Shown here piece by piece: positions 17,242 through 25,080 of a stretch of DNA of 32,000 nt. The stretch is from an uncultured delta proteobacterium. GTDB taxonomy: Bacteria; Desulfobacterota; RBG-13-43-22. Both the position numbers and the translations under genes were made by a program. The stretch spans positions 1-32,000 of the forward strand of contig CAVUPH010000042.1 in the NCBI GenBank assembly GCA_963743305.1, written 5' to 3'. The first letter of the stretch is position 1. Each line of letters begins with the position of its first letter. The notes beneath the pieces were generated by a model. The model was given only the letters and a program-made list of their open reading frames with translations. It had not been told where the DNA came from and made no database searches.

Positions 17242-17270
17242 TATATATATTATAATCGGACCCAAGTCAA
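17242..17270 (-). promoter_or_regulatory. Candidate promoter of the ArsR-thioredoxin operon, overlapping an AT-rich operator-like motif
   Basis: On the minus strand: TTGACT (17270-17265), 17 nt, TATATA (17247-17242), only about 11 nt before the ATG. No SD is visible, so the mRNA may be near-leaderless. Confidence 0.25.
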
Positions 17271-17287
17271 TAGAAAAATGACAGGAA

Positions 17288-17319
17288 ATAAAAAAGGGGT
17301 GTGAAACCACCCCTTTTTA
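17288..17319 (-). terminator. Rho-independent terminator after the rhodanese gene
   Basis: Minus strand reads AAAAAGGGGTG-GTTTCA-CACCCCTTTTTTATTT. The GC stem is followed by a T-run, and A/T runs on both sides could allow bidirectional function. Confidence 0.7.
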
Positions 17320-17341
17320 GTAAATTAGAAGTAGGGACAGG

Positions 17342-17917
17342 TTATTCCTGGGGGATGCACTCCTTATAGTAGGATTTGTAATCCACGAATTCCCGGTCGT
17401 GGATCGGCCCTTTTTCCTTGAAGGGGTGGCCGTATTCCTCCACCTTGAAACGGCCCATGAAGCGATTCACCAAAGGATGCCCCAGTTTCATCCATTCCAC
17501 GACGCCGCCTTTGGCCCAATACACGTTCTTGTAGCCATACTTATACATCAGGGCCGTGAAGTAAGCGGAACGGTGAGCGGTTCGGCAAAAGATCCAATAT
17601 TCGGCGTTGGCATCGGGAAAGCGTTTGGGCAGGGTGTAGACATGGGACAGGGTCACCAGGTTGGTACCCTCGATATGCCCGGCATCGAACTCCGGATGGG
17701 TGCGGGCATCGATTAATATGGCCTTGCTCTTCCCGGCCTGGACCTCCAGCCAGACCTTGTTCAGGTCGGCCATTGTTTTAATTTTATCTTTGGGAATGGC
17801 CTTTTCCAGATCGGCCTTAAAGGCTTCTTCACCCTTGGTTACATCCTGGGCAGGGGAAAGGCCCGTAAAAGCAAAAAAGACAAACAAGAGACTCAGTACG
17901 CTAATTATTTTTTTCAT
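17342..17917 (-). CDS. Exported single-domain rhodanese (sulfurtransferase)
   Basis: 191 aa with a signal peptide ending SPAQD. The rhodanese fold carries the active-site loop CRTAHRS. Confidence 0.85.
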   Translation of the reverse strand: MKKIISVLSLLFVFFAFTGLSPAQDVTKGEEAFKADLEKAIPKDKIKTMADLNKVWLEVQAGKSKAILIDARTHPEFDAGHIEGTNLVTLSHVYTLPKRFPDANAEYWIFCRTAHRSAYFTALMYKYGYKNVYWAKGGVVEWMKLGHPLVNRFMGRFKVEEYGHPFKEKGPIHDREFVDYKSYYKECIPQE

Positions 17918-18027
17918 CCATATCCCTCCTGAAAATTAATTCATCCATTTAGAAAATTACCCAATTGCCGCCAATTTTTCAAAACAAAACAATACCACCT
18001 CCCTCCAGAGAGAATTTTAAGTTTATC

Positions 18028-18648
18028 TTAACATCCTTCATCTTTTAAAATCTTAAATCCACCCGGGGCCGGGGCGGGGGCTGGGGTCACCGGTGCCGCC
18101 GGCGCCGACGGGGCGGTTACCGCCGGTTTTTTGGGCTCCGCCGGTTTTTTGATTCCGGGGGCCGGGTAAGGCTTTTCTTTGGCGCCCGGTTTTTTTACCT
18201 CCGGGGCCGGATACGGCTTTCCCTTCCCGGCGGGGGGAATGGCTTTCCCCTTGAGCATTTTATCGAACAGAGTCGCCCCGTCAACGGCCGGGGCTTTAGG
18301 GGACGCCAGTTCTTGGGTCGCTTCCACTGGGGGGGCGCTGGAGAGGACAATTTTCCCATGATTCTTGTACTGCTCCCCTACCGTGTAAAAAAGGCTCAAG
18401 TCATAATATGACCAGGCTTTTTGGGAAGTAGGATCGGCCTGTACGGCTTTCCGAAAAAAATCCTTGGCCTCACTATATTTGGACCGGCTGAAGGATTCCT
18501 GCCCTTTGCGCAGCATTAAAGCGCAACGTTCCGGATCCACCTGAAGCGTTTGGCCGGTTCCGGAAGTCTGGGCATAAGCCCATTCCAAGCCCCACCCCAT
18601 GAGCAGGATGATCGCCAACCCCAGTACGAATAATTTCTTTTCAGCCAT
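18028..18648 (-). CDS. Exported/anchored protein with a TPR-like region and a Pro/Lys/Ala-rich repetitive tail ending in Cys
   Basis: The likely start MAEKKLFVLGLAIILLMGW at 18648 has SD GGGAGG. The tail repeats KPYPAPEVKKPGAKE / KPYPAPGIKKPAEPKKP, and the last residues are KILKDEGC. Confidence 0.6.
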   Translation of the reverse strand: MAEKKLFVLGLAIILLMGWGLEWAYAQTSGTGQTLQVDPERCALMLRKGQESFSRSKYSEAKDFFRKAVQADPTSQKAWSYYDLSLFYTVGEQYKNHGKIVLSSAPPVEATQELASPKAPAVDGATLFDKMLKGKAIPPAGKGKPYPAPEVKKPGAKEKPYPAPGIKKPAEPKKPAVTAPSAPAAPVTPAPAPAPGGFKILKDEGC

Positions 18649-18680
18649 AAAACGCACCTCCCTACGAATTTTTCCCGGCA

Positions 18681-18854
18681 TTACCACCAGCTAATAACCT
18701 TATCATTGGAAAAAATCAATTCAACCAGTCGGTCGTAATCTACCGGCCCGGGGTAGAGGGGAAACCGAACGGCCTCCTGCCCTTCCGAGAGGATGGCGGT
18801 CAGTTTTTCCACATCCGGTGTGGGTTCGGACCGGAAAATGTGTAATACTTTCAT
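18681..18854 (-). CDS. Unannotated 57-aa ORF in the DsrE/TusA cluster
   Basis: Not in the track (under 60 aa). Peptide: MKVLHIFRSEPTPDVEKLTAILSEGQEAVRFPLYPGPVDYDRLVELIFSNDKVISWW. It is packed 23 nt after the upstream gene, and its composition resembles a DsrH/DsrE-fold fragment. Confidence 0.5.
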   Translation of the reverse strand: MKVLHIFRSEPTPDVEKLTAILSEGQEAVRFPLYPGPVDYDRLVELIFSNDKVISWW

Positions 18855-18877
18855 AAGAATCCTTTTCGTTAAATTCG

Positions 18878-19162
18878 TTAAAAGGGAATAATGAAGTCCA
18901 TCTCTTTTAGTCTCTCCCCCAGTTCCCCGATGGTGATGGGCTTAAAACCAAATTTTTCCACATTGGCCGGGATATTGGAATAGTATTCTCCTTCCATGTC
19001 AATAAACCAGTCCAGGTTCTCCTGGTAGGCCTCGGTCATCTCCACTTCGTGATCCAGGACCACCATGGTGACGAAATTATTTTCAATGACCAGACCCAGG
19101 CTGGAGCGCATCCCTTCCCACAGCTCATCTTTGGTTCGCACCAGAAAGGCTACTTTTTTCAT
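18878..19162 (-). CDS. DsrE/DsrF/DsrH-family small protein
   Basis: 94 aa (MKKVAFLVRTKDELWEGMRSSLGL...). Size, fold-like pattern and position next to a DsrE-like gene support the call. Confidence 0.55.
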   Translation of the reverse strand: MKKVAFLVRTKDELWEGMRSSLGLVIENNFVTMVVLDHEVEMTEAYQENLDWFIDMEGEYYSNIPANVEKFGFKPITIGELGERLKEMDFIIPF

Positions 19163-19172
19163 AGTTTCTCCT

Positions 19173-19481
19173 TCACATCACCAGGTAACGGTCGCAGTCT
19201 TCGATCATTTCACCATGTCGGGCTTGAGTGGCGAAACCGGTTTCATCCATACCGGGAACAGTTTTACCCTTGAGCCCCTGGGCTTCAAACCCCACATTGC
19301 AGACCGCGTATTTGGCGTGGCCGACCAATTCCTGAAATTCCGGTTCCTGGGTCAACAGAACTCCTTTGTGCGAGAAAAAGAGAGTCACCTCTTTCCCGGC
19401 CCGTTCGGCCGCTTTGGTGATCTCAATTACGTGGCGAAGATGCCGGTCGGAGTTTACAAAAATTCCTAATTTTTCAGCCAT
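19173..19481 (-). CDS. DsrE-like sulfur-relay protein
   Basis: 102 aa (MAEKLGIFVNSDRHLRHVIEITKAA...YAVCNVGFEAQG) with a conserved Cys. It is adjacent to tusA. Confidence 0.65.
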   Translation of the reverse strand: MAEKLGIFVNSDRHLRHVIEITKAAERAGKEVTLFFSHKGVLLTQEPEFQELVGHAKYAVCNVGFEAQGLKGKTVPGMDETGFATQARHGEMIEDCDRYLVM

Positions 19482-19496
19482 TTCTTTATCCTTTAA

Positions 19497-19733
19497 TTAC
19501 TTCTTCTTAACATAAAAACGGACAAATCCTTCGTCCTGCTTTTCTCCCAGAAACTCGTTACCGGTCCGTTTGGTCCAACTGGGGAGATCATTCCGGGTTC
19601 CCGGGTCGGTGCTGAGGATTTCCAGGACCTGCCCGGATTTTAAATTGTCCATGGTCTTTTTGGTCTTCAGGACCGGCATGGGACAGCTCAGCCCCCGGGC
19701 GTCCAAAGTTTCATCGGCCTTCACTTCTTCCAT
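19497..19733 (-). CDS. tusA: TusA-family sulfur carrier
   Basis: 78 aa with the LDARGLSCPMPVLKTKK (CPxP) motif. Confidence 0.9.
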   Translation of the reverse strand: MEEVKADETLDARGLSCPMPVLKTKKTMDNLKSGQVLEILSTDPGTRNDLPSWTKRTGNEFLGEKQDEGFVRFYVKKK

Positions 19734-19822
19734 AAAATTACCTCCTTAGGCTATTCCATTTGGTCTGTCTGGTTTATTTAAAGGATTTATTGGGTCTTAA
19801 CGCTTTGCGCCAGCCCTTTTTT

Positions 19823-21010
19823 CTATAATCCAACTGTGAATTTATTGGTTTCTTCGTTCCAGGTAACTAAAAGATACCACAATAAAAGGATCCCTGCAAT
19901 AAAGAGCAGGCTTCCGCCCCAGCCGAAAACGTCCGGCAGGAATATGGCTCGGCCCAGTTTCTGCCGCCAACCGGTACTCCGTAAAAATGCGGTGCTTAAG
20001 GAATTAAAAGTGGCAAAGGTCAGCAGGGCGGCCCATAATTTGAGCTGGCCTTCGCCCACCCGCCAAAGGGTCCCGCTTCCGCACCCGCCGGCAATCACCA
20101 TGCCTATGCCAAATATCAGCCCTCCGAAGAGGGAACCTCCCCAAAAAGCCGGGATGACATAGGTGCTTTCCGCACGAACGCCAGTCCATTTGAGTACGGC
20201 TACGCCTAAGGAACCCAGGATGATGCTCAAGGCGATGGCCTTGGCGATCCCGGCTTCCCCGGTCATGAAGGGATCCCGAAAAGCCCGGACAAAGCAGAAG
20301 CGGCACCGTTGCAGGATGATGCCGAAGGCCGCCCCGAAAAGGAGCAGGCCGCCGATTTCCGTGTAGGCCCGACCGGCATACCCATAAGCCCAGAGGATCA
20401 ACCCCAGGAGTACCAGCACCCCCAGATAGGGCTGAACGGACTTCCAGTCAAAGCTTTTTTTCCCTGGTTTGGCCGGGGGGACAAAGCCGGCTTTGGACGG
20501 GAATTTTTCCAGTTCCCAGAGCAGGTACTTGAGCCCGATAAAGGCACCGATCATCAGGCCGATCAGCATGGGGAACGCGCTAGCCGAAAGGTTGATCAGG
20601 GGGGTGTAGAAGGCTCCCACGTTGCAGCCGATGGCCAAGGCCGAGCCGACCCCCATCAGGGTTCCACCCGCCAGTCCTTTGATCATTTCCAGAGGCGGGG
20701 CCCAGCGAAAGGCAAATTCCTTGGCCATCAGAGCCGATCCGAAGGTGCCCAGGAGGAAGCCGATATCCATCACGGACCCGGAAAACAAGATAGGGTTCTC
20801 CGGCCGCGCAGGATAGAGGCCGAGCCCGTAAAAAAGCCAGTCGGCCCAATTTCTAATCCCGCCCACGATACCCCAGGGACGGGACCAGGCCACGATCAAA
20901 ATACTGAACAACCCCAGGAGCAGGCCCCCGGTGAGGGCCGGCCACTGGGCGTAGAAAACGGCGGCATATCCCTCTTTGAACTTATTTTTTAAAACGTTTT
21001 CTTCGGCCAT
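19823..21010 (-). CDS. YeeE/YedE-family membrane protein (thiosulfate/sulfur- or selenium-compound transporter family)
   Basis: About 395 aa, polytopic, with an internal duplication bearing GCNVG and GGCGSG Cys-loops. The likely ATG at 21010 follows GAGGAAGGAAG; the track starts at a TTG at 21025. Confidence 0.85.
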   Translation of the reverse strand: MAEENVLKNKFKEGYAAVFYAQWPALTGGLLLGLFSILIVAWSRPWGIVGGIRNWADWLFYGLGLYPARPENPILFSGSVMDIGFLLGTFGSALMAKEFAFRWAPPLEMIKGLAGGTLMGVGSALAIGCNVGAFYTPLINLSASAFPMLIGLMIGAFIGLKYLLWELEKFPSKAGFVPPAKPGKKSFDWKSVQPYLGVLVLLGLILWAYGYAGRAYTEIGGLLLFGAAFGIILQRCRFCFVRAFRDPFMTGEAGIAKAIALSIILGSLGVAVLKWTGVRAESTYVIPAFWGGSLFGGLIFGIGMVIAGGCGSGTLWRVGEGQLKLWAALLTFATFNSLSTAFLRSTGWRQKLGRAIFLPDVFGWGGSLLFIAGILLLWYLLVTWNEETNKFTVGL

Positions 21011-21226
21011 GGCTTCCTTCCTCAATTAACTCAGTGATTCATCATGGATTTTCGGATTTTGGCCTTAAATTTTAAAATTATAATGCTCAAAGCCGCCATT
21101 GTCAAATTTTCAAATCTGGTTTACAAGCCTCTCTTTTTTTAGTAAGACGAGACCACTCCCTAATAAAACCTCCGGATTTGCGAGGGCGCTTTGGGGCACG
21201 GAAATAAAGTGTGACCAAAATTCGTC

Positions 21227-21510
21227 ATTCCGGACGCAATCCGGAATCCAGCCTCGGATAAGCTCGGGAAGTCCTGGATACCGGATCAAGTCCGGTAAGA
21301 CTACCCAAAAAAAGGCCTTAAAAAGCGATGTTCGATTTTATTTTCGTACTAAACCCCCATGCCCGGGGCGGGCATCCCGAAGCATGAAAATCCCCCCTCG
21401 CCCCCCTTTGCCAAAGGGGGGAGTTAAAGTCCCCCTTTAACAAAGGGGGATTTAGAGGGATTTCAAAAGGGCTGGGATAACCACCGAATCTTCTATTTTC
21501 GTATTAAACC
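21227..21510. repeat. Cluster of REP-like hairpins bracketed by a 17-nt direct repeat
   Basis: Five hairpins: ATTCCGGA-CGCAA-TCCGGAAT (21227-21247), TACCGGA-TCAAG-TCCGGTA (21279-21297), ATGCCCG-GGG-CGGGCAT (21359-21375), CCCCCCTTTG-C-CAAAGGGGGG (21401-21421) and TCCCCCTTT-AAC-AAAGGGGGA (21430-21450). The direct repeat is TATTTTCGTA(C/T)TAAACC at 21339-21355 and 21494-21510. Confidence 0.7.
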
Positions 21511-21549
21511 TAAATATAAAGGCTTATCACCCCAGTGATCAGACCATAA

Positions 21550-23670
21550 ATGATGACCGGAAAAACGAATATCTACCAGAAAAATCTCAATGCCGCACAA
21601 CTGGAAGCCGTCCAAGCCCCCGACGGGCCGAGCTTGATTATTGCCGGCGCCGGCAGCGGAAAAACTCGGACCCTGGTTTATCGCGTAGCCTGGTTGGTTG
21701 AGCAGGGGATCGATCCAGGACGGATCCTGCTGCTGACCTTTACCCGCAAGGCGGCCCAGGAGATGCTTAACCGGGTGGAGACGATGTTGGGCATCTCCTG
21801 CCGGGAAATTTCCGGGGGGACTTTCCATTCCCTGGGCTACCGCATTCTGCGCCGGCAGGGGGGCCTGATCGGGTTGTCCGGCCATCCCACGGTCATGGAC
21901 CGTTCCGACGCAGTGGAAATCATGGGGCGGCTGATCAAGGCCCAAGGTCTGGACCAGCACTCCGAGGCCCCGGGACGCAAGGACCTGGTGGAACTGGTTA
22001 GCCGGATCAACAACCGGGCCCTGGATTTTGAACAAGGGGTTCGGGTGTTTGCCCCTCAATGGGAAAACCTGATCCCCCGGCTCACTCTTTTACGGCAGGC
22101 CTTCGAAGATTACAAAAGACAGCATTTCCTCCTGGACTACGACGACTTACTGCTTTACACCCTGAAGCTGTTTGGCGACCACCCGGAAGTGGCTCGAAAT
22201 CTTTCCGAACACTATCAGTATGTGATGGTGGATGAATACCAGGATACCAATCTGCTGCAGGCCCAAATGGTCCGCGCGCTGATTCAGGCCCACGGGAATC
22301 TTATGGTCGTGGGGGATGATTCCCAATCCATCTATGGCTTTAGGGGCGCCCGGGTCAAGAACATCCTCGAGTTCCCCAAGAGCTTTCCCCAGGCCCGGGT
22401 TATCAAGCTGGAAGAAAACTACCGCAGTTCCCAGGCCATTCTGACTTTAGCCAATACCGTGATCAGTTTCGCCGCTCAGCGGCACAGTAAATGCCTACGG
22501 GCACATAACCCGGCCGGGGACCTCCCTCGGTGCATCGAGTTGCCCCACGAGGAAGGACAATCCCAGTTCATCGTCAGCCAATTGAAGGCTTTGCAAAAAC
22601 AAGGCCTTCCCTGGTCGGAAACGGCTGTCCTCTTTCGGGCCGGTCATCATTCTTTCAATCTGGAAATCCATCTGCAGAAAAGCGGAATTCCTTTCGTCAA
22701 GTACGGCGGCCGCAAGTTGACCGAGGGCGCCCATATCAAGGACCTGCTGGCCTACCTCAAGGTATCCCAAAATCCTCAGGAGGCCTTGTCCTGGGAGCGG
22801 ATTCTACGACACTTGGAGGGGCTGGGACCCAAAAGGGCAGGACAGATCGTGAGTGGATTATTGGAGATCGAGGAATGGGACTCCCGAATCCGGTTTCTCA
22901 GGGAGTACCCGCGGCCCCAACCCCAGCTCGGCCGACTGGGGGAGATGCTGAATCTCTTGAGCCAGGAACCCCTTTCTCCGTCTGCCGCGCTGGAAATAAT
23001 CTGGGAGTATTACCAGCCTCTGCTTCCCCGGCTTTTTGAAGATCCGGAATACAGGAAAAAGGATATTGAGGAGTTGCTGCGGGTCAGCAATGTCTATACC
23101 GAGGTGGACGAATTCTTAGGAGATCTGTTGCTGGAAACCCCTGACCGGGGTGCTGATTCAGGGCAGGAACGGCTGGTGCTCTCCACGGTCCATTCGGCCA
23201 AGGGGCTGGAATGGCAGGCAGTTTTCGTCATCTGGCTGACGGAAGGACGTTTTCCTTCCACGCATGCTCGTGAAAGTCAGGAGGAATTGGAGGAGGAACG
23301 TCGTTTGCTCTATGTGGCCATCACCCGGGCCAAGGAAAAACTTTTCCTGACCTATCCCTTGCAAGGCTCTGAAAGAGGGGGAGGCTGGCAGCACAATGAA
23401 GCCTCTCGGTTTATCGCCCTGCTGCCCGAGGAGATCCTGCGCCGTCAAACCCCGCTGCGGGAAAACGTCCCGCGAGTTTTTCAGGCCGAACCCCCTCGCC
23501 GTAAGGTCCGGGAAGACGGCGGCTACCCGGTGGGGCTCAAAGTATACCATCCACTTTTCGGGTCCGGTATCGTCGAAGAATCCCCCCAGGACCGGAAGAT
23601 TCGGGTCAAATTCCGGAGCTACGGCATCAAGGTGCTGCACTTGGATTTTGCCCGTCTGGAAAAGGCATAA
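21550..23670 (+). CDS. UvrD/PcrA/Rep-family ATP-dependent DNA helicase
   Basis: 706 aa. LNAAQLEAVQAPDGPSLIIAGAGSGKT is the Walker A region, and VDEYQDTN, VGDDSQSIYGFRGA, TVHSAKGLEW and YVAITRAK are superfamily-1 helicase motifs. Confidence 0.92.
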   Translation: MMTGKTNIYQKNLNAAQLEAVQAPDGPSLIIAGAGSGKTRTLVYRVAWLVEQGIDPGRILLLTFTRKAAQEMLNRVETMLGISCREISGGTFHSLGYRILRRQGGLIGLSGHPTVMDRSDAVEIMGRLIKAQGLDQHSEAPGRKDLVELVSRINNRALDFEQGVRVFAPQWENLIPRLTLLRQAFEDYKRQHFLLDYDDLLLYTLKLFGDHPEVARNLSEHYQYVMVDEYQDTNLLQAQMVRALIQAHGNLMVVGDDSQSIYGFRGARVKNILEFPKSFPQARVIKLEENYRSSQAILTLANTVISFAAQRHSKCLRAHNPAGDLPRCIELPHEEGQSQFIVSQLKALQKQGLPWSETAVLFRAGHHSFNLEIHLQKSGIPFVKYGGRKLTEGAHIKDLLAYLKVSQNPQEALSWERILRHLEGLGPKRAGQIVSGLLEIEEWDSRIRFLREYPRPQPQLGRLGEMLNLLSQEPLSPSAALEIIWEYYQPLLPRLFEDPEYRKKDIEELLRVSNVYTEVDEFLGDLLLETPDRGADSGQERLVLSTVHSAKGLEWQAVFVIWLTEGRFPSTHARESQEELEEERRLLYVAITRAKEKLFLTYPLQGSERGGGWQHNEASRFIALLPEEILRRQTPLRENVPRVFQAEPPRRKVREDGGYPVGLKVYHPLFGSGIVEESPQDRKIRVKFRSYGIKVLHLDFARLEKA

Positions 23671-23673
23671 TCT

Positions 23674-25044
23674 ATGGATAAGCAGTTTGAACCTCTGTCC
23701 CGGGATTCGGTCTACGATCAGGCCTTATCGTATCTGTACGGTCTGCAGAAGTTCGGCATGAAATTCGGTCTTTCCAAGACCGAGAACCTCCTTCAGGCTT
23801 TTGGCCGTCCCCAGGACCAATTGAAGCTGATCCATATCGCCGGCACGAACGGTAAGGGTTCGGTGGCAGCTATGGCGGCCTCCATCTTTTCACAGGCCGG
23901 TTATCGGGTGGGGCTTTATACTTCCCCCCATCTCGTGGATTTTCGCGAGCGTTTTCAGATCAATGGACGCCTGATCCCCCCCGGGGTGACCCTGGACTTG
24001 GTCCGGGAGGTGAAGGAACGGACGAATGCGGAAGAACCGCCCACTTTTTTCGAGATGGTGACGGCCATGGCCCTCATTTATTTCGCCCGGGAAAAGGTGG
24101 ACCTGGCGTTCATCGAGGTTGGATTGGGGGGGCGTTTGGACGCTACCAATATCATCCGGCCTCGAGTGACGGTTATCACCACGCTGGGTCTGGAGCATCA
24201 GGAATATCTGGGGAACACCTTGAGGCGGATTGCCTGGGAAAAGGGGGGGATCATCAAACCCGGTATCCCCCTGGTATCCGGGGTAACCCAGCCGGTAGCC
24301 CGGGAAGTCATCGGGCAAATCTGCCGGGAGCAGGGATCCCCCCTGTTTTTAGCCGGCCGGGATTTCCAGACCCGAAAAATCAAGGGCACCCAATTCAATT
24401 ACACCGGTTTTGGAAAGGTTTATAAGGGCCTGCGAAATAAACTGCTTGGACCCCACCAGATTAGAAACGCCGGGCTGGCCTTAAGCCTGGTCAACCTCTG
24501 GCCTCTGGAGGGTAAAACTCTTTCCGAGGATCATATCCGGGAGGGCTTGCTCCGGGTTAATTGGCCGGGCCGGATGGAAGTCTGGGCTGAAAAACCTCGG
24601 ATTGTATTGGACGGCGCCCACAACCCGGCGGCCATGAAGGTGCTGGCCGAGACCCTGCCCAAGGCCCTGCCCTATCGACGACTGTTGCTGGTGATCGGGA
24701 TCATGCAAGACAAAGACATCCCGGCCATCTTGGCGCCTATCGTCCCTTTGGCGGATCGGGTCTTTCTAACCCGGGCGGAATACCTTCGGTCGGCGGAGCC
24801 GGAAAAACTGCTCTCTTTCATAGACCGGGACCGAAGCAAATGCCGCTTGTTTTCTGCCCTCTCCCTGGCGATTGACCGGGCGGTCAGCGAAGCGGCGGAG
24901 AACGACCTGATCTGTATCACCGGCTCGCTGTTCGTGGTCGGCGAGGCCCGGGCCTACCTGGAGAAAAGATACAAAATTTCAAACGGCGCCGCCCCCCCAT
25001 CGGAATTAACTCCGCAGTGCATTCCAAAAGGTAAGGTGTTATAA
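23674..25044 (+). CDS. folC: Folylpolyglutamate synthase / dihydrofolate synthase
   Basis: 456 aa. HIAGTNGKGS is the P-loop, followed by TSPHLVDFRERF and the Mur-ligase fold. Confidence 0.9.
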   Translation: MDKQFEPLSRDSVYDQALSYLYGLQKFGMKFGLSKTENLLQAFGRPQDQLKLIHIAGTNGKGSVAAMAASIFSQAGYRVGLYTSPHLVDFRERFQINGRLIPPGVTLDLVREVKERTNAEEPPTFFEMVTAMALIYFAREKVDLAFIEVGLGGRLDATNIIRPRVTVITTLGLEHQEYLGNTLRRIAWEKGGIIKPGIPLVSGVTQPVAREVIGQICREQGSPLFLAGRDFQTRKIKGTQFNYTGFGKVYKGLRNKLLGPHQIRNAGLALSLVNLWPLEGKTLSEDHIREGLLRVNWPGRMEVWAEKPRIVLDGAHNPAAMKVLAETLPKALPYRRLLLVIGIMQDKDIPAILAPIVPLADRVFLTRAEYLRSAEPEKLLSFIDRDRSKCRLFSALSLAIDRAVSEAAENDLICITGSLFVVGEARAYLEKRYKISNGAAPPSELTPQCIPKGKVL

Positions 25045-25080
25045 AAATTTATTAATTTAGGTTGTAGTTATTATCAATTT

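Noticed and set aside
20309-20992. 227-aa + strand ORF opposite yeeE (and the similar ORFs 19836..20162 and 20580..20849)
   Set aside because: The Pro/Gly/Arg/Gln-rich translation is typical of the reverse frame of a hydrophobic membrane-protein gene. The YeeE frame is continuous and recognisable.
21099-21440. 113-aa + strand ORF in the yeeE-helicase spacer
   Set aside because: It is a translation of the hairpin repeats (SFRTQSGIQPR..., PPLPKGGVKVPL). Such strings are classic artefacts of REP-like elements.
21493-22059. 188-aa minus-strand ORF overlapping the start of the helicase gene
   Set aside because: It is antisense to a helicase region with clear Walker A and SF1 motifs. Its Gly/Pro/Gln-rich composition is typical of shadow frames, and no start context is visible.
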